A stretch of 64,000 nucleotides of DNA from Owenia fusiformis (lineage: Eukaryota), in the NCBI GenBank assembly GCA_903813345.2, contig CAIIXF020000001.1, positions 14,632,001-14,696,000 on the forward strand. The letters are read 5' to 3'. Made by a program: the position numbers and the translations under genes. This document shows, one piece after another, positions 1 to 13,400 of the stretch. The notes under the pieces were generated by a model that was not told where the DNA came from, did not search any database, and saw only the letters and a program-made list of their open reading frames with translations. How positions within the stretch are numbered: position 1 is the first letter of the stretch; every line of letters begins with the position of its first letter.

Positions 1-1149
1 GACTGAGCTTAACTTGTCCCATTATCTTTAATTGAACTGTTCTTCCAATAACATCCTTGTAATTTATTGCAGCTAATCATTTTAAAACACTGTAGTGTTA
101 CTAGTGTTACAGCTTCATTATAAGCCCCAAACCCAAAATACATCTTATATGCTGGTTTCCTTACACGATTCTATTAGCAAACATAATCTAACAGGCTTAG
201 ATCTTTGGAAGATGCTACAAATTGAAATCATATCCCATAGGCCTTAGAATGATCCCATGACCCAGTTAACCAATGAAATTGTCAAAGTGACATGAGGCAT
301 GATGGGATAGGATCACCTCATCTGGGAGATGTATGGATGATCACGAGCAACTTTTCATTGAATCTAGAGCTCATTTGTCTTGTGTTTCCTCTCTTACTAC
401 CAATTTCCCCATAGCAAGCCCAGGCTTTCCCTAGTGGTATTGATTCTCCTGTGTTCCCATCTGACGCAATTGTCAACATAAAACATTGACTTATTGTTTA
501 ACTTGAAGTATCTCATGTAAACCATGTTGTAGAAAACCTCTAATCTGAAGTGAAATTCCGACATTTGAAACATCCGCATATCCTGCTTATTGGATACAGG
601 ATATAGTGTTAAAGTTGCTTCAATTAGTTTAAAATTGTGTTTATAAAGCTGGTGTGTATTATATTTTAAAATGCGTTTTGGAAATTTGGCTTTGAACTGA
701 TAGGTAATCTTTCTATCTCAAGCTGTGAGTTAAACCTAGATTTACTTGCTATTTACTCAGCTGCCTTAAAGTGGATGTGACATTTTTTATTTTGATAAAA
801 CAATAAAATTGCTTTTTAATATTTTACTTATGTTATCAGCTAAGTTAATGCTTATTGTTTTATTGGTTCCCATAGAAATGTTTAATACCTTCCTTTGATA
901 CAAAATTCTGAATAAATATGTTATAATGAATTTTCAATTTTTATTGCATATATGCCATCTCCCACATAACAGTATAATAGAAGTCTTTGGAATCAGTGGC
1001 CTTGTTTCTAAATATATATGTACACTCTATAGTAATCAATCAGGCATGAAACGCATATCAGTAATCTTCTCAGCACTGAAAGCAGATGGTTGCTGCTGCT
1101 GCAACCACTTGATTTTTGAATAACCAGATTACACTGAACGCTTCTTGTA

Positions 1150-1290
1150 TATATGTGACTTGTATGTGAATATTACTTGTATGTGTGTGACTTGTATGTG
1201 AACACTGACTTGAGTATGTGTGACTTGTATGTGGAGACTGCTTGTATATATGTGACTTATATGCTAACACAACATGTGTGACTTGTATGT
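1150..1290. repeat. Degenerate (TGTGACTTGTATG) repeat abutting the SLC6 acceptor
   Basis: About 6 imperfect units running up to the ttgtag acceptor. Confidence 0.75.
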
Positions 1291-1295
1291 TGTAG

Positions 1296-1427
1296 GTGCC
1301 TTCCTGATCCCTTACTTCACATTCCTGATCATCTGTGGCATTCCTCTGTTCTTCATGGAGCTCACCTTGGGTCAGTTCTCCAGTCTCAGTCCCATCTCTG
1401 TCTGGAAGATGTGCCCATTGTTCAAAG
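1296..1427 (+). CDS. SLC6 exon (TM2): [44 protein letters not shown]
   Basis: ttgtag| acceptor, |gtaaga donor, 132 nt, phase 1-1. Confidence 0.95.
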
Positions 1428-4400
1428 GTAAGAGTAAAGTATTGTTGCATTTTTTATTATTCATCATTAACTTTATTATTCCAGGTCTGAACATTACATC
1501 TCAAACGAGCATGTTTGGAATACATCAAGACAGTAAAAAACTTATTACTTGCATACAAGTTTGATGTTGATGTGCCTATAAATATTTGGGAAGGGGGTAA
1601 AAGTTAATTTTATTTAATCATTATAGTTGATACTTAAAATAAAAATGTTTTTAATTTGAAAAAATCAATAAAAAATCTGTTACATTTGCAAGAAAGAAGT
1701 CAATCCAAAATAAAATGTATTACACTTTGGGATGAACTTGAAGTTGACCTTGTCTTTTAAGCTGTAAAAAAATTGTAAAATTACAGCATGCAATCAGGGG
1801 TTTCATAAGCAGCATGCAACAGGCGATTTTCACTGGTTGTTTTCACAAAATCGCCTGTTGTTTTTAGCTTAGGGACTTTTCAACTTTTCCATGTTAAATT
1901 TATGATTTTCATTAATTTTGTCTGTTGTTTTTATTTATTTAGCCTGTTGTGAGAAATTCTAGTGAAACCCCTGGCAATGTTCATTCTCTTCACATATATT
2001 GAGTAATAAGATTTTTCAAAATAACTCAATGGTCTTGATACTAACAATATTCTATGGTAAAGTATCCAATTGCAATATTATGTTTCCCAGCTTGATTACA
2101 TAGCATGCAACAACAGATATCATGTACTACCCTCTGTGTACTAAACTGTATACCCAAAGGCATTGGCGGGGACCCTAAACTTCAAAATCTTGACTGAAAC
2201 AATAATGGCTGTTGACAGTTTGAATTAGAAACATCAGTAGGAAATGTGTTTATGTTACACAGTTAATGTAAAACTTGTCAGATTTGTTTCTTTCCAGATA
2301 TAGATCTCACTTGACAGTTGTTGAGAGACGTTTACTTCTTATGGTGAAATACTATCCAAATGTCTTAAGTGAACATGTTACTTTGTGTGATGCATATGAT
2401 TTTTGACCACTGGTATATTTCACTTTAATTATTTTAGCCAAGACAGTGTTGCAAATGAAATAAAATATTTTGTATTTTTATCTTGTACTTTGAGGTTCAA
2501 AATTAGAAATTCGGAAGGGAGTAAAATATTTGAATAAATCAAATCAAAGTTTAATTTTTTGTCAAAGGTTTAGCTATAGAGATCATATAATAACAAGCTT
2601 TATACACTGAAGTTTCCTTTAAGGTAGTTATACACACTCAAAAATAATCAAGTATAAAGTTTATATAATTTTTGGGGAATTTTAGAATGTCCATTATATA
2701 ATTTTGTTTCATAGGAGGAGATTAAGAGGATTTATAATTCCCATTAATGAATATTCAAATTGACTCTAGATTTGAGATTTGACCTTCAATGACCTCCTCA
2801 ACTAGGTCGTGACATTTTGTCATGTTCATACCTTGTTTTTGCATACTTTAGTTTAAACACTTTTATATGAAAATTGAAGATCATATGTACGTCACTGATA
2901 TTTCCTCTTCTTCTTATTGAATTTCAAAAAAGATCCTCAAAAGTGTGTTTTATTACAACAATATGCCCTAAAGCTGAATGCTTGTCAAATCATTGCTCAT
3001 ATACTATGGCATGGAGCCATCTTTTGCCAGTGAATAACTACCTTAACCTTATTGAACAATGCATATATTTTGTAACATTTTGTAACATTATATTTTGTAA
3101 TAGGTTGTTTATAGAAATTGTCATGCTGTTTAGTTAATAAAAGCTGGCCAAAAAATACATATTGCATGAACATGCATATAATGGCACATTATGGTACATA
3201 TCTTTATCCAAATTGAATAATCAACTGTTTTCCCATACTATTTAACTCAACATGCCTTTGTAAATTGAGAATGATCCAAATAGGTTACCATCAACAAAAT
3301 GAACATGTCAGACAAAATTAGGTTAAAATATTTAGATTTTTGTTGTCCCTAAAATTGCTTTTCATTTTCCTGAAGTGTAAATGTCAAAAAGGAACAGAGT
3401 GTTAACCTTGTCAGCTGGGGTACTGTTACAAATCATGGAAAAGCAATTCCCTTATTAACTGAGGGTTAATTGCTTCCTTGATATCCCATCTTTTAAAAGC
3501 TTAATGATGTGTAATGCGCATCATTTATACACTAAAGGTTTGTCTAACTGATTTATATAATAAAAGGCTTTAGGTTTACTCTCCTATAATATCACGTAAA
3601 ATATGACATTGATAAACAGTACAACTGTACAGTATTTTATGAAGCCACCTACCCTTCCTTCTGAGACCTGTATTTGTGGTTTTGTAGCTTTAACCATAAG
3701 ATATTTTCAGTTTCTAAATGAAAGATAGTATCAAAAGGGTCCAAGTAGGATAAAAACATATTTGATCCTGCTCATAAAATAACAATAAGACAATATTTAT
3801 ATTTGAGTTAGTTATTTTCAAAAGGTGGAGTGAAGTAATAGTACCTAGTTTGGTCAATAGAGGGAACATTAATCTGTCCCCGGGAGGATTTTCCCCGGGA
3901 ATGTAACTATACGCTTTGTACCTTCCAATCCCATCGTGCATGTCCTACTTTGAATATTTATAATTTCTGATTGGTGAATGTATACCTGGGAATACACCTA
4001 ATTATTTTTTGCCTTTGTACAAATCTATATGAAAGAAAATGTAATCAAGCTGAGTAGTTTGTGCGGCTAGTTAGCTTATAACAATCGAAACAAATATAGA
4101 CGCCAATACTTGAGTTATGGATGAGTGGTCGGTTTGAAAACACACATTTTGTAAACATTTGTTATGTGAATATATAGGGATAAGGATTGACAAACCATAA
4201 AACTGTAAAATTTAAAACGCTTGCTTGCTCTGCGTGGATAGTGAACTTTATAAATGAATTCACTGGACAGTCCAGCCGGTGAAATATTGTTCCCTGTCAT
4301 GCAAATGATGGATTTAACACGAGTTTGAGCTAGTTCATTCTGCCACTGTACGCCCGTCGGATATAACAATTTTACCAATACAGTCAAAAATCTCCTCCAT

Positions 4401-7400
4401 TTTTATTTGAATTGAAAGATCACATTCAAATCGGATTATTTCCACTTCTATTTGTATTCAATTATCCTATTTCTATTCCATGCTAAATGGGAAATAAAGA
4501 GATGTAATAATGATAACTGAATATGATCATGGGCAGCTGGATGCCCATTATATAATGTTGAGTTAACCCAAGGATGAAGAGTTAATCAATTTGAAAATAT
4601 AATATTTTACATATTGTACATTTTGAATGCATGTTGATATTAAACCATTTTTTTATTTTTTTATTTATCATGTTTTATTTAATACAATAATATATCTAAA
4701 AAGAAAATTTCCAAAAGGCGACTTTGTTTAACATTATAAGTCGCAGGGTTAATTATAAAGTTTTATTTCAAAAAGATATTAAACCATGGTTTCCGTGATG
4801 ACCTTTCAATCGCGATTCGCGATCACCGTACTGTGTCAACTTGAAGTGTGTATTTTCCCCAGATACGAAGGCAAATGCAGGGTGTCCTTGCGGCAAACGT
4901 TCGTTCCAGTTTCTGCGATCTGCTGCCGATGTCACCTGTCGTATGACAAACGACAAATGTGACTTAGGTTTAACATAGGATATTTTACAACTTAATGTGA
5001 TTGTTTATAAATAGATTATCCTACACTTAGTGTACTAAATGTATAATAACATTAAAAAATAAATTTGATATTTATTGGCAAAATGAATATCCGGAGGATA
5101 TCGTAACGATATACTCCGGGCGGAGGATATCGTGACGATATACTCCGGAAAACTCCGCTTGTTGATTTCCCGCCAAATTGACTCTATTTTGGCATGGAAT
5201 TCATTTTGCAATGATATTATACATTTAGTACACTACTTGTAAGTGTAGGATAATAAGAACATCCTATGATTTTTTTCAGAATATCATTTTAATCTACTCG
5301 GTGATATTGATATATGCACTCGTTCGCTTCGCTCTCTCGTGCAGATATCAATATCACCTCGTAGATAAAAATGATATTCCTCAAAATCATAGGATATCCT
5401 ATAATTATTCGTAATTTACTAACGTGTCTCAAACATCTACCAGCGTCGTTTTGACTCCAGTTGCAAAAACAATATGTGGTGAATAAGTGATTAAGTTTTA
5501 TTTTGACATGATACGCTATGAATATGATGGTAATAATGAAATAATAACAATGCATTACGTTAGGATAGATCGGGGGATAGATTTTTGTGGAAATCGTTCC
5601 ATGATGTTAGAGATATTGAACTGGAGGATATTGCCACGATATACTCCAGAAACCCAATATGCGGAGGATAGTGTGACGATATACTCCGCTTGTTGATTTC
5701 CCGCCAAATTGATTCTATTTGGCATGGAATTCATTTGGCAATGGTATTATACATTTTGTACACTCCTTGTGAAGGATAATAAGAACATCCTATGATTTTT
5801 TCAGAATATCATTTTAATGTACTCGGTGATATATGCACTCATTCTCTTTGCTCTCTCGTGCAGATACCAATATCACCTCGTAGATAAAAATGATATTCCT
5901 CAAAATCATAGGATATCCTATAAATACCCCATGGTTGTTGAAAAATATAATTCATATCAATAACTAGATATAATGGACAGTTTTCAAAACCAAAACACTT
6001 TTGAAACCATCGAGTGAACCATCTCTAACTTTTTATGGATGGCATTCGCCTTCGGCTGTCGGTGATTATCGGCGTTCGGCGGTCATGGTGTGTAACAAAT
6101 GGTAGGTTGTAGCTGACATTTTGCATGTCAATGAATTGTTTATTTTAGATTACTTTGTAAAGGTATAAAGTTTTAGAAATCGCCGCTGCCAAGCGATTTT
6201 GGAAAGTCGATTTGATCACTATCCCGGAGACATTAATAAGAGAAACGTAATTGTAGGTTAGAGATGTTGATTTTGTGGTTAGGAAATATATAAATGTCCA
6301 AAATGATTTGTCAGACCAACCCTGGTCATTGATACTAAATGCGATACTCGGTATAGGATTATTAGGCGATTAGACGAATAATATTTTTGTAAATGGTGGG
6401 TAAATATGGATATTTCAGCCCAATGTAAATGTAATGGTCAGTTCTTGTGCTGTACCAATCTGTATTGTTACTGAGATTGTCCCCGTTGATCATCTCCGTC
6501 GCAATACAGAAAATATTGGTGCGAAGGGACAATCTCAGTAGCAATACAGAGGATCACACGATAAAAACGTTATTGAATGATTTGAAGTGGCAAATCCAGA
6601 TACGGCCACATATGCCGTCTTCCAATTGCAAAGACAATGGATCCTTAATTTAAAAAGGACGAAGACAATGACAAATGATAATCCCTAATCCGTTGTCAAG
6701 TTACAATTTCAATCGGTAATCAAAGTGAGTAATTTTCTCTCGCAGTTTGAACATATATTACCTTTACCTTAGTAGCGAGATACTTAAATGATTGTTGAAC
6801 GTATTTGACATAGAACGTATTTGACATACTTGTTAAACATGCAAATCACGAACAAAGAACGTTGTTTTATTGCAAAATAAAGAAACATGTATTTAAAATA
6901 CAAAATAACATTAAGATAAAACAGTCTTATACAAAAAGCGATATAATGCAAAAAACAATATCGTAAAATGGTACAACATAACGCAATCCTGTGCATTTGA
7001 CTTGAACAATCAGTAGTACTACATTGCGATACATACCCCCGGGTACATACCTTACATGATTGCGATAATATGCGCTAAAATTAATGCAAACAAATGCCTA
7101 TCACTAATGACTAGCCCTCAAAGGTTTGGTATGTATTTTCGTTGCATGATTTATATGTTCTCGTTACTGATGAAAGATTTTATTTTGTGCTTTTCTAATA
7201 AGTGATGCACAATTATCTTCCAAACTAATAGAGGGAATTGTATTTTAACGTAATGCGATGCAAAATTAAAAAACAAAAATCAATATTATTGTACACTCTA
7301 GTCAATATGACACAATACATAACAGTTTGGTGAAACGGCACTTCTGCATTTTCGTCATATTTTTGCTCGTATTTTGCACATTTGTACACCATTCAATTTG

Positions 7401-10400
7401 CTACCAGTCTAGCAGTGTACCGTATTTCATGACCATCAGACTAATAATCATAATTATGTTACAGCACTATGTCGCCCAACCTTTTCAACGACCCGACTTC
7501 ATTCATCAGCACGCGTGGCCTGATGATATGATCTCCGTTCTGAGGTTATCAATTGTCCTGAGTTCAAGCTTGTATACTCTATTTTTTGTTTAAAGTGCTG
7601 TAACATTATGACTATTAGTTTGATGGTCGTGAAATATAATAGGCCGGTAGGAATTTGAATGGTGTACACAAAATATGAGTGAGCAACTTGCTAAGGTGTG
7701 AGGAAAACAGTGTCGGGGTTACCGTTTACAACCACCTTTTATAAAACGATGGTACACTCCCCTCCATAAGTTTGGCAACCTTTGCTCCCCCATTGAACAA
7801 CGTGTTAAAGCCTCTTTACCTTTTTATTTACTTAATCTGCGAAGAAAATACATATTATCGATGGAAAAGTAATTTGAGCTTATTTCCGATTCCTCCAAAT
7901 TTTCTTAATTTTTTCCTCAATTATAATAGGTCGAAAATTAATGATTTTGATGACTTTTTGAAGATCGACATGTCGCAAGTCATATGAGAAAAAAACAGTC
8001 ATCCGAGTCCTTGCAAAAATATACAAGTTAGGTAGGCAACTGAATTTGCAACTTATTTACAAAAATTGGTACGTTTCTTCAGGTTCAACAAAGTTATAGG
8101 TGTTTAAAGTCAAAATTGTTTTTTCAAAACATCTCCTATTGAAATAACACAAGAGGCGAAAAATGATTTTCAAAAATGACTTTGACGCTCTGCAACTTTT
8201 GTATTCATCAAGTAAAACCAAGACTTAGTGAATGAAATTATTAGAGAATTCTATTTTCTATGTAAAAATATTTTAATCTTTTACTTAATTGATATCTGAT
8301 TTGCCCCGAACTCACAATTTTCCATTGGTTTACATGGGAATGACGATTTTCAAAAATTCATCTTTATCACCAATTTTCGAACTATTGTAATTGAAGGAAA
8401 AACTTTTGGAGATTTGGAGATATTGGAAATATAGTCATATTACGTTTTCATCAATAGTAATAAGTATTTTCATCGCAAGTTAAGTAAAGATGCTTTAACA
8501 CGTAGTTCAACGGGGGAGCTAAGGATGCTAAGTTTATGGAGAATAGTGTATCTCGTTCAGTTACAATAATTTAAAAACAAATGATAATAACATGTTGTTG
8601 TACAGTAACACATAGGCTAAATAAAAGGCAACCCGAGAGAATATAAAAAAGTACCCAATAACAAATTCATTACATCTAATATATTGCAGTGCAAAATACT
8701 ATTTAACGCAATATAAAAGAAATTCAACCAAATACTAAAATAGCGTAAAACGGTACAATGTATCAACGTGAAATTAAATACTTCAAAGTACATGTATTTT
8801 GAATGTACGTCAATAAGAAATATCGGCATGAAATGCTAAAAGTATCTCGTAATTCAAAACAATAAAAAAGCAAAGACAATAGGCTTGAAGAACAACTGTA
8901 TATAAAACGTTACAATATATTGTATGATTTTGTAAAATCTGTATGATAACATGTGAATATAATATTTCCTGATACCATTTTTAATTGACTCACTGATATC
9001 AATATCTGTACTCATTTTTTACGCTCGCTCGATCGTCAACTCGTATATATTTCCTTATTGCATAATAACACGTTCTCCCTGGGAAATAGGCAGAGAATAG
9101 AATTTATATTCAAAGAATCCCGTAAAAGATCCCATTCATCCAAAGTTCCGTAACAAACCATATTCGATCCCGTATCAGCCGTATCAAGTTGAAAATGTAA
9201 TTTGATTTCATATTTTTTTCACATTCTCAAACTAGACTATCTTCCTTAACTTCGAGCCAAATTATTATCCGCAACGTGACTTATAAGTAGGTGTAAATCG
9301 GGAAATAAAAAATCTTACCGAAACCTAGTCCCAGAAGTAGTCCCGCCATGATACACTGACGATACGTCTGTGTAACTAGGTGGGTAGCAGTGATCTTACT
9401 ATAGTACACTAAATATGCTATTTCTCTCCATGCCAAAGAGTATGTATCAAATAAAGCGTGTACTTTCACCAAATATTTGTTTTATACGTAACTAATTATT
9501 CATATTATAATCGTTTTTTAGTTGAGTCGATTGGTGAGTAAGTACGTTAGTAGGTAGCTGATTACGTAACTGACTTAACCCATAAAGTAATATTTGGTTA
9601 TCATCATATTGGTTTTTCGAAATGCAATGCACCATAGAATCTAAAACGGAATTCAGATTTCAATTCTGATTTCAGATTAGGATTTCTGAAAAGATTGTTC
9701 ACCTTTTTCATAACCCACGCGTTAAATTGAGAGAACCCCGTAAAGACCTAGATTTGGACCTCGGCTTTTCAGTGTCCTTACTTTGAATGTCAAAATCAGT
9801 AAAAGTAATCAAAAGACGACGTCTTGCCTTTGAAATTAGATACTTTTTACAAGGAATATATTGAAAAAAGAAGGAGACATATTAAGGGACGGCTGAGAAA
9901 AGTGGTAAAATAATGTATGTATGACACTAGTACAATAACGTCATTTCAAAGGGCAATATAGTGAAATATTGGACCAAGGGCCCAAGGTCCAATATTTCAC
10001 TATCTTGCCCGCAGAAATGACGTTATTACTATTATTACCACCGTTAATGACCAGGGCTGAAATAGCAAATTTGAAATAGAAAATCTTACGCACTGAACGA
10101 TATCACTTTTTCGGGAAACATAGCCGGGCGGATAATGTCATTATTGCCCGACTAAAGTCATTAACACCCGACACAATATTGCTCACGTCAATATAGCAAT
10201 TTAAATGCCTTCTCAACTAGTACTAAAACCCATAGAACAGGCCCTGCAAGGTGGTAATAATGTAGATTATAATTCAACCTATTCCATTTCTTACAAAAGA
10301 TCAAATTGAATTGACCCGTCAATAATTAAATATAAACTACGGCTGTTTAACCTTTTTGTAAACTCTTCAGCTAAGATCCACCATGTGTTTGGTGTTTTAT

Positions 10401-13400
10401 GGACAGTTAGAAAATGAGAAAGGCCTGGATGTAACATGCACCTTATTCTGAAAATTGTCTCCTGAAGGTCTTTCACACGACTACAGATCAAACGTCCCAA
10501 GCAGGGATGCGTTTACCGTTAACCATAAGTTTAACATTTTCAATAAGGGCGCAATAAGGTCGTATTTCAAAGCAATACATCACATTTGTGCAATTGGGTC
10601 ATTCGTATACGGTCAACTTAACTGTCATTCTAAAAAGCATCATCCATTTGTATTTATTTGTCACTGGCAGGTTTAAGAGCATCCATATAAACATTAATTT
10701 AAAAATGTCAACTCTGTATTCATTCCCCACCAACATAGGGATTCGTAAGCAACGGGGCACTCTTCAAAAGCAGGGAGCGATTGAAAGATTAAGCTATTTA
10801 TTAGAACTACTTTTATCTCCATTTTACCAGAACCAAAACAATATTATCAGCACACCATTAGAAGGCTTATCCATTCTTCTTAAATCTTATTTTAAACAAA
10901 TGTTTGCTGTATGTGTAGCTATTTAAAATCATAAAAGCGTCTGTAATATTATCTATATATTATGTCAGTCAAATGCATATCACTTCCCAAAAGTCTGATT
11001 CAAATCTGTTATGAAGGACGGTATACGTTTTTCAATGATGCGCCGAATTATGTTAAGTTGCTATCTATTTCATATCGTCCAAACTGTATGTTGTTAGTAT
11101 GAGGAAAATATTTCGCCATTTCCTTTAAACGTTCTATACGTTACAGTTCGTTTTTTAGTTTCCAAATGGGTGTCTACAAAACAAAGACCTAAGACCTAAG
11201 ACCTACAAAACTAAGACCCCCCACGTTATAAAACCAAGACCCTGTTATAAAACTAAGACCCCCCACGTTATAAAACTAAGACCCTGTTATAAAACTAAGA
11301 CCCCCCACGTTATAAAACTAAGACCCTGTTATAAAACTAAGACCCCCCACATTATAAAACTAAGACCCTGTTATAAAACTAAGACCCCCCACGTTATAAA
11401 ACTAAGACCCTGTTATAAAACTAAGACCCCCCACGTTATAAAACTAAGACCCTGTTATAAAACTAAGACCCCCCACGTTATAAAACTAAGACCCTGTTAT
11501 AAAACTAAGACCCCCCACGTTATAAAACTAAGACCCTGTTATAAAACTAAGACCCCCCACGTTATAAAACTAAGACCCTGTTATAAAACTAAGACCCCCC
11601 TCGTTATAAAACTAAGACCCTGTTATAAAACTAAGACCCCCCACGTTATAAAACTAAGACCCTGTTATAAAACTAAGACCCCCACGTTATAAAACTAAGA
11701 CCCTGTTATAAAACTAAGACCCCCCACGTTATAAAACTAAGACCCTGTTATAAAACTAAGACCCCCCACGTTATAAAACTAAGACCCTGTTATAAAACTA
11801 AGACCCCCCCACGTTATAAAACTAAGACCCCCCACGTTATAAAACTAAGACCCCCCACGTTATAAAACTAAGACCCTGTTATAAAACTAAGACCCCCCAC
11901 ATTATAAAACTAAGACCCTGTTATAAAACTAAGACCCCCCACATTATAAAACTAAGACCCTGTTATAAAACTAAGACCCTGTTATAAAACTAAGACCCTG
12001 TTATAAAACTAAGACCCCCCACGTTATAAAACTAAGACCCTGTTATAAAACTAAGACCCCCCACGTTATAAAACTAAGACCCTGTTATAAAACTAAGACC
12101 CCCAACGTTATAAAACTAAGACCCTGTTATAAAACTAAGACCCCCCTCGTTATAAAACTAAGACCCTGTTATAAGAATCAGTCACCGTGCCTTGCTCTGC
12201 TCGCCACAAGGTAGTCTTGCCTCTGGGCCTTGTGTTCCCCAGTAACATACAACAGCGGATTATATAAAAATGGACTGTAACAAATACCCGGATTTGTTGA
12301 TTTTTAAAAAAAGTAATTTTTTGATATCACTTTTTATGCCCGGCATACAAAGTGATATCCCATTTTATGCTGGCATAAAAAGTGATGTCCCATTTTATGC
12401 TGAGCATAAAAAGAGATACTCCATTTTATGCTGGTATTGTTTTGGAAGTGATGTTTAATGGTAGTTCAAGATTTAAGACCCATCATTCTGGCACAGATTG
12501 CTGAACCATTGTTAGTTAAGAATTCCTAATAGAATTAAGAATTATTATTTGAAACTGAGTTGTTTTGCCCTGGCAAACAATTTTCCAACTTGTAGTTCAA
12601 CTTCTTCTGTCTATTTGTTGACAGTCTGTGATGTCATCATCAATCATCACAATAGAAATGAGGTAATTCACGATGACATCACAAAGTACTCTGATGACAT
12701 CATCAATCATCACAATGGAAACGAGATAATTCATGATGACATCACAAAGCATCTCTGTCATAGATAGAACTCTGCCACATTTCTTAGAAATCAAACTACT
12801 ATGTGACATCATAGATAATCTCACTGTCACAGATAGAATTCACCTAATTCCCATTGTGATGATTGATGATGACATCACAGACTGTCAACACATATAGACA
12901 AAAATGAATTTCAAATGCATATTGGGATATTGTTTGCTAGGACAAACAGAACAGTTTCAGCTATTAATTCTTAATTCTATTAGGAATTCTTAACTAAAAT
13001 AAGTTGCTTCTGGTCCTTTTATAACAGGGTCTTAGACCTGTATGTTACTGGGGAACTCGAGGGATAGAGCCGAGACTACCTTAAAATTATGTATATGTGT
13101 ACGTTACTAGGGAAAACAAGGGTCAGTGGCAAGACTACCATATGTGTATGTTACTAGAGTAAACAAGGGCCAGAGGCAAGACTACCATGTGTAGATTCTG
13201 TATGTGAGAAGAGAACACAAGGACCAGAAGCAAGACTACCTTTTGTAGAATCTTTATGTTAGTGGGGAGAATCTGTATATTAGAAGGGAACACGAGGACC
13301 AGAAGCAAGACTACCTTTTGTAGAATCTTTATGTTAGTGGGGAGAATCTGTATATTAGAAGGGAACACAAGGACCAGAGGCAAGACTATCTTTTGTAGAA

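Noticed and set aside
3905-11150. Transposase or cargo gene within the Sola-like element (for example Cys-rich frames near 4820-4980 and 6419-6560)
   Set aside because: Short, stop-interrupted, no recognisable motifs; blastx would be needed.
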